DNA of 64,000 nt from Balanoglossus misakiensis (Eukaryota > Animalia > Hemichordata): NCBI GenBank assembly GCA_040954595.2, contig CM082587.2:9491403-9555402 (forward strand), read 5' to 3'. Numbering within the stretch: the stretch's first letter is position 1; each line of letters starts with the position of its first letter. The translations under genes were made by a program, and so were the position numbers. A model generated the notes under the pieces. It was not told the origin of the DNA, ran no database searches, and saw only the letters and a list, made by a program, of their open reading frames with translations. Positions 25,165 to 38,313 of the stretch are shown here, in pieces.

Positions 25165-26309
25165 AGTGGAACGTTGTGATCCGTTTTTGAGCCGAAATGC
25201 GATTAAAAAGTACTATGAAAAACGTTGGTTTCATTCACTTTCACTTACGCATAACAGAGCTACAGCCAGCCAAAAACTGCGCGAACCCGGAAGTGAGTGA
25301 CGTCAGCAACTTGTGGTACCGTTGTCCGCTGCCGACGCGTTGGAGCGAGCTTATGCTTATACACGCCTGCACTCACGAGACCGACGACGTTAGCATGGCA
25401 ACATATTCTCGGGTAGTAGGCTACAATTTTGAACCAGAGATTCCCTTCTACGACCAAGCGACTGAATTTTACAGAGGACAAAAGTTCATGCAGTTCTGAT
25501 CTCCGATGTGTCCCGTTTGTCAAGGCTTACACTTGGTGTAGTTTCAGTGAAACCATAGACCCTAGGGTCTATGGTGAAACAGACAATGCTCCCTCGTTGT
25601 CACCTTTTCGAACCATTTTTCTTACAAAAATACTTTGTCACCTTTTATGGAGTTGAAAAGAACGCAGGTGCATCGTCCTGCTCTCCAGGTGTAGTACGTC
25701 CGTAGTATAATGGAACCAAATACCATAGTTATTCTATGCATGTTTCGTCTCTTGAAATGTATTAAAACTGCCCTTTTCAGTTGCTTTCATTTGATAACTA
25801 TGCGATCGTCAATAAATGGAAATTAAACCCAAATACGTGTACCAAAAAACGTGCAGGAAGGATTTAAAACGGTACGTTTATTATTATCAGCGGCAGTTAG
25901 AACAACTTTGTATAGGCCTTACGGTTTGTTCATAAACGTCGACATGCATGGCATCGTGGACATTGCAGGCTCTATGTCTGCACGCATCGACAAATACAAT
26001 ACACGAAGAGCATTGCCTTTGAAAGAAACTTATCCCCGTCGATTTTCCGAATATGTTTTTAAAATCATGAACTTGACATTTCGCCATGTCAGATCCGCGT
26101 AAAATGTGTCTGTTTATTGGAAATGACACGTCAAACGTGTAAGAGCGCTGCGCGTCGACTGCAACGCAAGTTGCTGACGTCACTGTAGTATTTTCAACTA
26201 GTGTCTTCTGCTTGCGCAGGAAGTGAAAGTGAATTAACCCATCGGAACGTTCACGTTTTTGACACCCGGTTTGTACTTTGAAGCCCAAAATTGTGGGTGT
26301 CGTTCCACT
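25165..26309. mobile_element. Non-autonomous Kolobok-type DNA transposon, copy 2 (inverted relative to 3234-4386)
   Basis: TTAA flanks (25161-25164, 26310-26313); mirror-image ORF track. Confidence 0.85.
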
Positions 26310-26795
26310 TTAATTAACTCGTGACATCTGATCATAAAGTGTTAACATTCAGTAAACCTAAGGTTAAGGGTTTGTCTGAAAAGAATATTATGAATATATT
26401 TGTTTTAATGAACTACATGGGTTTCTCAGCTTAGCTGAGCAGCAACTTGGGTGGAGGAAACATTTTATAATAGGATAAATTTCTTGTACAAGATCTTGCA
26501 AAACAGAAATTTTGAGACAATATTTCATTGTATTGTATTATGTGCGGCACATGGGCATTGACTTTTGACAAGATATTGCATATTTCCAACATTCTGAGGT
26601 ATTTTGAAACGTACGTGATATATGTAATACTTGTAGAATCATTGTTTATGTTTCTCTGAAGTTGTATCGTCCAAATATTGGTGAGAGAGTCCCAATGTTA
26701 CTCACTGTCATTTATATCTGTTTTTCAAGACAGTGCTCGCAGTGAGGTGAGGAAATTTAACTTAACCTGTAATTCTTTAATGATTTCTTGTTAAC

Positions 26796-26801
26796 AATAA
26801 A
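26796..26801 (+). promoter_or_regulatory. Candidate polyadenylation signal of the KIF21-like gene
   Basis: AATAAA at the end of an AT-rich stretch ~2.1 kb after the stop codon; another AATAAA at 25033 lies inside a repeat. Confidence 0.4.
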
Positions 26802-27087
26802 GTCAAGTAAATTTATTTCGTATAGTACATTTCATTACGCCACAAGCCATGTTACATATGCCTAGGGAGACATATAGAGTGGGTTGGGTAGTTGGGTTTC
26901 AGAGAGCTGGTAGATTATGTGAGTCTGTCAACAGTAAAACCTTGAAAATGGTAGCATGATAGTTGATGTTTAGATGCCATGTGGTGGTAGGACAACATGA
27001 ACATACATTAAACAGGCAATTTTCAATCCCTGGTTCTCGCATTAGGTGCTCCTCCTAGTCATACACTGGGCTATTTGCGATGTTTAA

Positions 27088-27479
27088 GGATGTACGTTCA
27101 GTAAAATTGAAAGTATTGTCATTTTTTTTAATTGTGGATTTTTGGATTCTCCTTTGTATGTATAATGAAAATCACCGCGCTTGTTTTTGAAATACAGAGC
27201 CATGAATTTAGTCGATAATAGAAGAAAACTGCTGACTCAGCATTTTTCACCAATGGTTTGTCTATGGGCAAAATTTTTGACGCAATTTATCTCAAAATAG
27301 AGCGCGGTGACCCCTATATTTTATTTGACCAATGAATTTATATTGCTGGACTGAGCTATGTGTAAAATTTCTTGAAAATGACAATAGTAGAAGTTTGTTT
27401 TCTGGCGATTATCAATGTAATCCTATGGGAAAAAGACTGGGCGCGCACTGTTTCCGGTTTATGTTCTGCGCGTACATCC
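27088..27479. mobile_element. Kolobok-type MITE
   Basis: TTAA|GGATGTACG...CGTACATCC|TTAA. Confidence 0.8.
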
Positions 27480-27483
27480 TTAA

Positions 27484-28561
27484 AGGCGGAACGCTCGGTA
27501 GGGCCCTACCGAGCAAAAATCAATAAAATGTGGGCGTGGCTAAAGCTCTGACGCCACAATATATTGTTACAACAATTGACCTCAAATGGGCATCCCGCGC
27601 CCGCCAAAAGCAAACACATTTCTATACCCACGCGATCCAGCTAGTTCTTACGTACCCGCGGAACGCGTTGTCAGCTGAATCTATCATGTCGACCCGAATT
27701 ATCAAGATAGCGGTCACTGAAGAGCAGGAGAAAGCACTGGCAATTTTCTCTGCCGAGCTTTCGGTCATCAACCGGCGGGGGCACATAAGTTCACCTGCTG
27801 CGACCGCGGGGGTTAGTACCGTGCGTGGTATCGGCTACCGGCGAGTTTGATGCGGGGGACACTGCCGGTTTATCGGAAGCAGCAGCTGTCGAAGTAAACA
27901 CCGTGTCCATGAGCACATCGGCTTCCGGAGATTCGGTCAACTCCTGTGAATTTTGTTTTTGTTCGCAATGTGTTACCACACATAGGCAGTCTTGGCTAGT
28001 CCGTGGTCTCTACCCGAATTTACCCGGTGTTTCTTACGTTGGGCATAAATGGCACTGATGAGGCTTTCCCCTCTTCACTTTGTACGGTTGGTACACAAAT
28101 ACAAACGGTCCTTTTCAGGACCAACACAATTTCCAAGAAGAGAACTACCGATTTTATGGATGTGTGCATGTTCATGTGTGATAAATTTGGTATGATTATA
28201 TCCCCATTTTTAGGTCTCGCACAATTTGCAATCAACGCCACAATTTTGATTTGCATAATACGTCAATCACGCAGATTCAAACTGAACATCGTACCGATAT
28301 ACCGGTCATATCTCGGGGACAAAATGATTTCATCTTCGGTTTTCGAAAGTATTTTCAAACTGTATTGCACCAGAAACCGCGGATGTCGTGCCAAATAAAC
28401 TCATGCACTCCTTTTTGAATTTAGAGACAAAAAAAATCATCGGTAGAACTAAATTTACTGTCTATTATGGACAGCGTCCGTTCTGTTGTTAGTGAGTTTG
28501 AATCTCCCACCATTATGCCAACTCTCGCATGCTCTCGCGCTTTTATACGGGAGTTCCGCCT
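27484..28561 (+). mobile_element. Internally deleted Kolobok element with an accessory-ORF remnant
   Basis: TTAA|AGGCGGAAC...GTTCCGCCT|TTAA; remnant CEFCFCSQCVT..QSWL|VRGLYPNLPGVSYVGHKW at ~27685-28058. Confidence 0.7.
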
Positions 28562-30389
28562 TTAACTTACAGTATGTTAGTTACACACACGAATCGCAAG
28601 GGTTCACCACATTTAGCTAATCCTAGAAACATACACAATTTGTGTTGGGTATTTACAGATGAATAATCGTCTAGCCAGCTAACTACATACGAGTTCTGTT
28701 GTTACAGTGAACTAGTAAGTGTAGAGGACAGTGAGAGGCTGATCACTCTGACGGCTTCGACGCTCGATTCCGGACTGTGTTATTTATACAGACTGCCTTC
28801 AACCGTGTGTGATGGCGGAAAAATCGCGATAGCAACACAGCCGTAACACGCGGCCGACTTGGCTAGCTCGTGACGGGCGGTACAATTTTCCTACCCAACT
28901 TGAGAGGGGTTCTTCTGCCCAAAATATATGTACATCAAACTTGAGCCCGCCGGTCATCAGGTTTACTGATCACAGAGTCACAGTGTTTGCTGTTGAAGTA
29001 GTAATGACAAGTAGATGAGTTGAATTCTGGGTAGATCATTCCATTAACTTATGTAAAAATTGGCAACATCACTAAAAAATGCATGGATATTTAACATATG
29101 TCAAATACAGACATGAGTGGACATTGAAAAATGAAATTCCTATAATCTTTCCAGGTTTTGTAATATTAAGCTTGTATGTAAACATTACATTGCTATTCAT
29201 AAACAAAATATGAGGCCCAGTGCATCTCACATCGTTGACTCGGTGATCGGCGCGACGGTTCGCTGCGCGCGAGAGCGACATACGGGGCATAGGACTCTAG
29301 TGGAGAAGGGTGATGTAAAATTCGGTAATTAGAAGCTGTAATGAAGTTTTCAAAGCTTGCGGTTTTGTCATGTTGAATGTATCATTTTTACTTCTTCGAA
29401 ATTCTCAATGCAAAATAATTGTAAATATGATATTTTGAAAGAGAACGTTGACAATTTTATTTAGAATGCGGATGTGCCCATCGTAATGAAAGCTGCCACC
29501 CCCCTTAGAATAGTACTAGGGCCTACACGTTGATCACCTGATCGCATCGCCCTGTCTCACTTGGCTATGGGCTATATTGCCGTGATCCCAAACAGCCTGG
29601 TTCAAATTTCTAGCCGTAAATTGTTGTTGTTTTTTCGGCGCATTTTCGCAAATCGTACTGTTTATAGGTAGGCATTATGATAAAGGGGTTATTACACGAC
29701 GTTTGGTCGATAACGCGACGCATTCTCGAATATGACGCGTTATCGACCAAACTTCGTGTAATAACCCCTAAATATCTGTGATATGACGTGATGTGATAAA
29801 ATATATAAATACCGGGAAACTTTTCCAGATCATTATTTGGGCGATACCATTTTGTGGTAGGTTTCACCATAGACCCTAGAGAAAGAGGACGCGCAACTGC
29901 AGCAAAGATCAAAGGGTTTGGGGATTATCAGTATGACAATGTTCTTTTGCATATAATTAACACCTAGGACGGTGGCATGCGTGAATCTCTGCCCGACAGT
30001 AACCAAAACTGGCACTCCTATATTTCAGCAGCCACTGCGTTTTTTTCTAAAATTCAAAAAGTATTACGTTTTCTGTGCTATTTATTATGGTTTGGTGTTC
30101 GTCTGTCGGTTGAACGGTCATTTCTAGTGCCACAGGCTTCATTTAAAAATTGTAAACAAATCATCCATGTTTTTTGCATGTCCGACTGGGCACTCATACT
30201 TCTTGGTAATGCTGACACTTTTCGTAATAATTTTATGTTTGCGTGAAGCATTGAAACAAAAATTGTGGTTTAGGGGTATTTTATTTCGCAGTGCGTGAAC
30301 AATGAAACAGATTTCACGAAAACAATTTGTAAACAAATTAAACTTTATGGATTTTCACGTGTGCGCTATGGCCGCCATCTTGGTTTCTC

Positions 30390-33300
30390 CATGGAGGTAC
30401 TAGAGAGAAGGAGCGAGGACGGATTTAAGCGGATTAAATCCCTTTCTTCTGAAGTGTGATAAGCTTATTAAGTCTTTGTGTTTCTGTGTCGATAGCGTCC
30501 TTAGAACCCACTGTGCGTTACCGTCGATTTTACAGTTAGGTTTGCAAGATCTACGAGGTAATATTTCTATGATATTAAAAACACTATGCGCACATCGTGG
30601 ACGAGCGTACTACATACGCGCGGTGACTTTTATTTACATCTAGGAGTCCAGTTTACGCGTCACCACTACCGGAAATGTGTCAGGCGGACGTCTTGGAAGA
30701 TTTGTGGCGTCATTTTTCTTCTTTGTACAGCCAGAAAGTATGATTTTGAAATGAATAGTTTGAGTTTTTCGCAAACTTCCGCAAAAAACAATAAGTTCCT
30801 CGGTTTTCTTTGAAAACCAATCTTCCCGATGCAAGTATTTGTGTTTGCGTGGGATAGTGTGGGATGCCCGATATTCACCATGGTAATTGCCAGCGCGGAG
30901 ACGTTCGGCACAGCAGTTTGCAGTCAGATCGCACGGTGCTCATTTGCATATGAAAGTTCGTCAAGCCAGCGACCATTAATTTTCAAACAGACGGCAATAG
31001 GCCAGTTTTCAAGGTGATTTTCAACTTGATTTTTACACTCCGTGGTACAATAAAATACCATGCTAGCTCGATAAATTTCGAAAGTGATTCCTATTTTGCA
31101 CTGCAGACGTAAATTTTATGAGAATCTGTCGGTAATAGTAGTAGTTTTTAGCGTGTTTTCGGTGGTATGTTGGTGACCTCGGAAAAGACGTCCACAAACG
31201 TGCCAAAAATCATTTGAAGACGACCTCGGAAGTTAACCAAGTGTTCGTGACAGATAGGTCTAATATCGGTCCCAACATCCGTGAAAAGAAATTAACTCGA
31301 AATGCTTGTGTAACGGTCAGCTTAAAAATAATCGATGTAGTTCGACGATATGACCCGGAAGTATAGGCCCTACGTTGACCTCTCAATGTTCGGCTTGTAA
31401 ATACGGAAGTGTTGCGTTGCTCGTGAAACGACACGTTTATCGTGGGGAAAACAGTTTCTAAAAGACACTTGTCAACTAAAAATTACTGGATAGTGTATAA
31501 CACTCTAAGGTAACATATCAGCCAAGTTTTAACTTAATTACTGGCCTGATTTCGACACAACATCGATCAATCGCACGAGTGCCGCGCCCGGGTGCTCCAC
31601 GCCGTACGCCTACATTGGGCTACAAACAAATATTTGATTACCCATGCACAGAATGCCAGGTTTACCGTACGTGAGGAGCTCAGCTGACGTATTTTTAGGG
31701 CACAAGCCAAGCAGGCTTGTGCCCTATTGGTATTACTGGGGTTTTTCATCTTTTTTTTTTTCTTGTGTAGTTTTTTTGCTCAGGTAAATCTTGAAAACGG
31801 CTGAACCTACAAATCTCAAACTTGGCACAATGGTGCAGGTCTATGAGAGCTCGTGCAGTACCCTCGTGAATGTGTAATTAGTCACATGACCTGATGACCA
31901 TATATGGGCAAAGTTTTCAAATGGGCCTAATTTGCATATGAATGACGATATCAAAATTCTGTGCAATCATTTTGCGGACCATATGGTCAGTGTCCTACAT
32001 GCTAAATTTCAAGGCTCTGGGCCAAGTCAATTTTGAGAAGAAGATTTTTAAATATTATATTTCATATTTTTTGGACCCAGCCATAGGCCTATACTTTCTA
32101 TAGTTAAGCTATGATGCTATGTCCACATCTGTGCAATGGTCCTGTACTGTGACTCTCTATTGGCCCGTGAGCGAAATGGGACCAAAATAAAAGGCAAAAT
32201 TTTGGGCTCACCTGTAACACCTGCTTAACTCATTAATTATGTGCATACCTAATTCTGGGCTAACTAATAGGGCTAGAGGTTTTGTGCTTGTGGGACATGG
32301 ACCAGTATAGGGTAAAAAAAAATTGCCCAAATTTTGGGTGACCTCAGGTGACCTTTGACCTACTTTCCTATATCTCGGCATCCAGAGCAGGTACAGACTT
32401 GGCGTTTGGAGGGTTGGGACTAAAATTTAAAAGCCAAAATTGAGGGTCACCTGTGACACCTGCTTATCTCATTAATTATGTGCATACCTAATTCCAGGCC
32501 AACCAATAGGACTAGAGGTTTGATTTTTGCTGAACATGAACCAGTATGGGGTCAAAATTTCTTGCCCAAATTTTGGGTGACCTCAGGTGACCTTTGACCT
32601 ACTTTACCATATCTCGGCATGCACAGCAGCTACAGCCTTGGCATTTGGAGGGATGGAACTCCTGATGGAGCCTTACACTTTACCTCATTAATTATGCACA
32701 TACATAATTGTAGGCGAACCAATAGGGCTAGAGATTTTGTTCTTGTGGGACACGGACCAGTATGGGGTCAAAATTTCTTGCCCAAATTTTGGGTGACCAC
32801 TTATGACCTTTAACCTTCGGCTTAAGCTTGGGCCCGTCATCGCTGCTTGCAGCTATATTGTTTATATATATTTTTCTCCGCATCGTGGGATATAAGTAGA
32901 CTTTTCGAAAATGCCAAGTGTAACTTCGAAACCACTTCCCTTTATTCGCCGATGATATTATGCAATAAATACAACATTTGTGTCTGAAGGCGAGCGATTT
33001 GTCATCATTGCATTGGGTCGATAAATAATAATAATAATAGTAATTTATTTATTAAACAATGATCAAAATACTACTACAAAATACAGGATAAAGAGTTAAA
33101 AATACAACAAAATACAGAATAAATTGTCAACTCAGACAGCTAAAATAAAACAGTCAACTGCAACACCACCACCACAAAAATCAGTCTTCATCAATCTGAA
33201 AGAACAATAAAATTAAAAAAAGTGAGTTTCCTTGACGGGCAAACCTTCATAAAATAATTGTTAGGGTTTAGTAAAACTCGGGATTACATATCAGCAATCA

Positions 33301-34119
33301 AAATTTCTTCGCAAGAGAGAGGAGGGTAAACTACGCAGCTGGTACAACCCAGGATCAAGCCTGCGCCAGCGTATATACGTACACATGCATGCTGTCTTCT
33401 CCCGCCATTTTGCAGAAGAAGTGGCGCTCACGGGTTGAAAAGTAAACAAAATGGCGCTCACAGGTTGAAAGGTAAACAAAATTGAACTGGTCATATCGTC
33501 ACTATCAAAGCTTGGAAGTGAATGAAAACTCAAAGAGAGGGAGTTTGATGTCTATATTTTGATAAAAGTTTGAAATTTTGTGGTAAAATCCATGTGTAAC
33601 GGTCAGCTTAAAAATAATCGAGAGGATGTCAACGCTATGTGTTTTTTCACAGTCGTCAGAAATTTCGTGATTACAAAGAAACTACTCGACAGAAGTTGCC
33701 AAAAAACCATTCAGTAACAATCCAGTATACCTACCTTCAAGTGAATCCACGGTTTTGTCTTAAAATAATCCACATCGCCTGAAAACAGCTCTATAATATC
33801 GAGTAAAAAAATGGCCTATTTCGCGACCCGTCAGCGGGGCCCACTCTAACGGCTACATAGTTTGAAGTACTTTCCTCATTTACATATGTTAATGAATACC
33901 GTGCGATCTGACTGTTTGGTCTGGTTGTTTATGCTTTGCAAATCATGGAGACGCGATGCCAGCTATAATTTGTTTATCCACGCAAGCGCACAGCTTTTAT
34001 GAACGCCTATCAGGTGATAAAAGGATGAGAGCCTAATGTTATCTGCAAACAGATTAAGACGCACATGGGGTTCATTGGAAACAATACCGTCCTCGCTCCT
34101 TCTCTCTAGTACCTCCATG
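30390..34119. mobile_element. P-like non-autonomous element nested in the previous one
   Basis: 33-bp TIR CATGGAGGTACTAGAGAGAAGGAGCGAGGACGG; 7-bp TSD GTTTCTC (30383-30389, 34120-34126). Confidence 0.88.
31692..32859 (+). mobile_element. Helentron-type non-autonomous element (family B)
   Basis: 5' ttttAGGGCACAAGC..GCTTGTGCCCT hairpin; 3' GCTTGGGCCC + GCTGCTTGCAGC hairpin + tatatt; internal ~240-bp repeats. Confidence 0.75.
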
Positions 34120-34708
34120 GTTTCTCATGGTTGACGACGACAGGAAGCCCTAGGTACGGTAGCTCACAGCCTTGTCAAATACCGGGACTGTTAGACAAAA
34201 GATGCTTGTTTTGGACGCTGTCAGACTCAGAAGTGCCAAATTCGTGTTTAACTTGTCCAGATGTGTTCCATAAATGATCGCTGCAGTTCAACCACGTTGC
34301 AGTTTTCTCGTCTTTTCTCGCAAAAGTTTATTTGCAAATTGGATTATTGGGGATTATCCCGAAATAATGTATGCAAAAGAACATCGTTTCAAGAAAAACC
34401 TGGAGTTGCGCGTCCTTCTTTCTCTAGGATCTATGGTTTCACTGCACGCCAGTCATGCAAACATGCACTGGCTGGCCTTCCGATTACTACTACGGTCTCA
34501 CTTGTTGCAAAAATCGAACGGTTTTGGCCGGTAAACACAGATGGATTAACTCTTAAATCCATCCTGCGCCCAAACGCACTCGAGACGGTTTGGTCATTGT
34601 TTATGCAAATGGATATGCAAAATGTGGCAGAAGCTTCATATACATGTAACATAATATAGAATACACAAACAGACAAGCAAATAAACAAGCCGAAACAAAC
34701 AAAAGTTA

Positions 34709-34951
34709 GGGACTGTTCAGATTTTACTTCAAGGGTAGGGCCGGAGGATTTTCCTGGTGATTTTTTTCCATGGACCCCCAGTAAATTGTGGAGGAAATCT
34801 GTGGTACCCCTTAAATTTCCTTGGGTTTTTCCATGGTCCCCCCCGAAAGGATTGTGATTTTTATGTCTATTCCTCCCTAATTGTTCTTAGAGAAAATGGG
34901 CGGTCCCTCCCGAAAATCCTCCGCCCCCGGAAGTAAATCCTGAACAGTCCC
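34709..34951. mobile_element. PIF/Harbinger-like MITE
   Basis: GGGACTGTTCAG...CTGAACAGTCCC; left flank TTA, right TSD not conserved. Confidence 0.55.
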
Positions 34952-35981
34952 AGCTAGCACCCTGGCTTCTCTGCCAGAGGAGCGACAACATCAACAAAAT
35001 GCAGATACACAAGAAATAAGCAGTATACATGTATTCCACAAGTGAAGAATCCCAGTTACAGACGTTACGAACAAACAAACTACCAACAACAAAGCTGGTC
35101 TCTGTTACCCAGTCGCCTTTGCAAAGGCATCTGGGTAACCAAGACTACAACAAAGCAAGAAAAGGGTCAAGCGTCGTCAAAGAAAACGTAAAAATTCCAG
35201 CATGGGTGGTAAAAGTTATTGGTATAAAACGAATAGGGCCTTCTACAAATGACGTCTCAGACCCGCAAACGCCACCAGAACACAAAACACATGTACAGAA
35301 CAGTATAAGCCGGTTGTTGTATGTAGCAGCAATAATCTGCGGTTGGGCCGTCGTAGATTTTCGCTGGTGGTGAAAATAAAAAAAAACGCGATCAAGGCTC
35401 AATTTTATTCCGGATCACATGCGGTTACGGCCAGAAGAGAGCGTCAAAGTCATCAAATTACCATGTGGTGGCGCACTTTTTTCGATTGGCTGTATTTCAA
35501 TTTGTCCGTGGTAAATTTAATTTTTGCAGGTGACTGGCACGGAAACTCTTAGCAAGGTTGAGGTAGGATGGAAAAATGCCTCATTGAATCCTTTTGGCTA
35601 TTTTAAAATATGCAGTTTCATGGGGATGGACTACTCGACTATCCCAGAGGGGTCTGGAAAATCGAGACTAGGGTGGACTTTTTACCAGGTGTCTCCGTAA
35701 AATAGATTTTTATTTCATATCCCAAAAATGAGGTGATGTTCTCACCTGCTTTTCCCCCGACGATTTTTTCATGTCTTCTTGAGATCAAAACACTACATGA
35801 AACACTACATATACATTTTGTGAGTTGTCTTTTTCGTTTTATTTTTGCATTAATTCAATCAGAATTTTTAATTCCTGTATTGTAAAAAGCTTGGGTTTTA
35901 TTTTTCAGGATGCTCGACTTGCGTGGCAATTCTGCAAATATATTTGAATTATTCTTTGGGATCCCTATCTATATTGTTTAA

Positions 35982-36484
35982 AGGCACGTAAGCTGTAACT
36001 TTTGGGATAATTTTCATAATTTTTGTTTCAAACTGCACTACCATTAGTCCATGCAGATGAAGGCAGTGAACTATGAACAAGCATTATAAACCCTAAATAT
36101 GAGTGCATATGCAAGTTTTAACCAGATAAATAATAAAGCTTTGCCGCAAGCGATTATGGCCGCCACCGTGGGAAAATGCAAGAAACAATGAAAATGTTGC
36201 ATTTCCGGTTATGAAACTTCATAAACAAAACATGACCTCATCCACTTGAGCTCATGGAAGTAAATGTACACCACTGAGACATCAGATTTTCACTTTTCAT
36301 TGCAAATTGCACTTTTTTAAAAATTTCAGGAATTTTCGTTTTTCTTTAATTTTTGGCCATTTTGTCATAAATAAGTGTTGAGCTTGATATATTATCATGA
36401 AATAGCATTTAATAGATATAATTAAAAGCATATATGAGATTATTTAAAACATTGATTTTTTATCCAGTTGCAGCTTACGTGCCT
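35982..36484. mobile_element. Kolobok-type MITE
   Basis: TTAA|AGGCACGTAAGCTG...CAGCTTACGTGCCT|TTAA. Confidence 0.85.
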
Positions 36485-37180
36485 TTAATGCAATGAGTTG
36501 CGACCGTCATTGGTTTGGATATGAGTTTGTTGTTTGCTTTTTGGTTGGTCATGGAGCAACAGTCATGGAGCAACACGTAACATTGCCTGTGGTGTTCAAT
36601 TCTGTAAATGGCATGAGATAGTTGCATGTACCCGAGTCTAGTGAAACATCGTTTTTGGCGATGTGGATTTCATTATTGCGTGACTGTGCGGTGGGTCTCG
36701 ATTCGTTCCTGTCAGACAGCCCAACAAGGACATACGCTTGACGTGCCTTAAAGGTATACGGTAACCTATGCAAATTTAGCTACAGTTACCATGGCAAATT
36801 GAGATACAGCCAATCACAGATATTCAGGAGGTGGCACACGCGACAATAAGAGCGCCACCATTTGTTCTTTAGAACACTAGGATACGCAAGTTTAGCCATT
36901 TATGGACATATGCAAATTGGAGGTGATCGTGTATTAAGTTGTAGACTTTGTCCGACATCGTCCGGTCATCACGGCTGAAATACTCCCTTTGCGCATTGCT
37001 AATAGATATTTTAGCTCGACCCCGGTGTAGTCTACTCCAATAGAAATGAAGAAAGTAAATATAAGATTACCGCCCGAAGTCTCAAACGTGAAAGCCATTT
37101 CAGTGGCACTACAGTGGATAAACATTTAATCCGTGTATACTTTATGAAACTGTCAGATAACTTTTATTCAAACCAGATAA

Positions 37181-38313
37181 GGGACCGTTCAGTTTTTACG
37201 GCCGGGGGGGGGGGGGGCGGCAAAATCCAAGGGGGGGGGGGGGTCACTTAAACTTTGAAGTCCACAGGGGGGGGGTCATCTGGTTTTTTTTAAACGTTTA
37301 GGGGGGGGGGTCACATACTTTTGCCACCGAACTTTTGCTTTTGAGTCCACAAAATTGCAGTTTCGCACCATTTATTTTACAAAATTTTCACCCACCCCCT
37401 ACATTCTCCGCCACATTTCATTTTTTGCTGGTTTGTCTAGTGTACCAGGGCAGAGTGCTTGCCACCCCAACCCCACCGATGATAATATTTAACAAAGTGA
37501 ATACATAAAGAAGAATAATTGTTTACACCATTTTGCATAACTGATAGTTTCGCGCTGCATCTTCTATATACTAGACGTTTTATAAATGATGTCATGACAA
37601 GATGACGCCAAATCTTCTAACTTTGAGTGGAGTGGCAAAAAGTAAAATTGGTCCTCCCAAACATTGAGATAATTTGCTTTTGAGTTCATTAAAATGCAAC
37701 TTTGCGCTACATATTTTACACACCCACCCCCTCCATTCTTCGCCACATTGCATTTATTCACTGTTTGCCTACTGTACCAGGGAAGACTTCTTGCCACCCC
37801 ACCCCCCGATGCTTACTTTGACTGGAGTGGCAAAATTAAAATTTGTCCTCCCTAACATTGAGTTAATTTGCTTTTGAGTTCATTAAATTGCAACTTTGAA
37901 CACCGTATTTTACAAAATTTTCTTATGTGGGAGGGGGACACCCCCTCCCACGCACACACCCGCTACTTTTCTTGTTTTACCGATTCTAGCAACTATTGTA
38001 TTGACTTGTCATTTTAATTTGTTCATAGATTTCTTTATTGCAACGATATACTATTATATACTTCAATAATACTTTAAGAAATATATAATTGAGGAGTGAG
38101 GAGCCTCATTCCCTTTATTGCATACAGTGTACATAGGATCAGGACGGCGAATGTTTTGGGCGTGGGGGGGGGGGTCATCATATTTTTGGGTCTGTCAAAG
38201 GGGGGTCATCATGTTTTGGTCCTGGCTGAAGGGGGGGGGGGTCGGCCTGATTTTGAGAACCGATGACACAAACTTGCAGCCCCCCCCCCCTGCCATAAAA
38301 ACTGAACGGTCCC
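37181..38313. mobile_element. PIF/Harbinger-like non-autonomous element with G-tracts
   Basis: TIR GGGACCGTTCAGTTTTTA; TSD TAA; right end plus flank tandemly duplicated (~38266-38431). Confidence 0.8.

Larger units (their letters stand above)
29868..34435. mobile_element. P-like non-autonomous element (outer shell of a nest)
   Basis: TIR CATAGACCCTAGAGAAAG..GGACGCGCAACT; 7-bp TSD GTTTCAC (29861-29867, 34436-34442). Confidence 0.85.

Noticed and set aside
36748-37144. Possible further Kolobok MITE (TTAAAGGTATACGG...GTATACTTTA)
   Set aside because: The right end and TSD are too degenerate to call.
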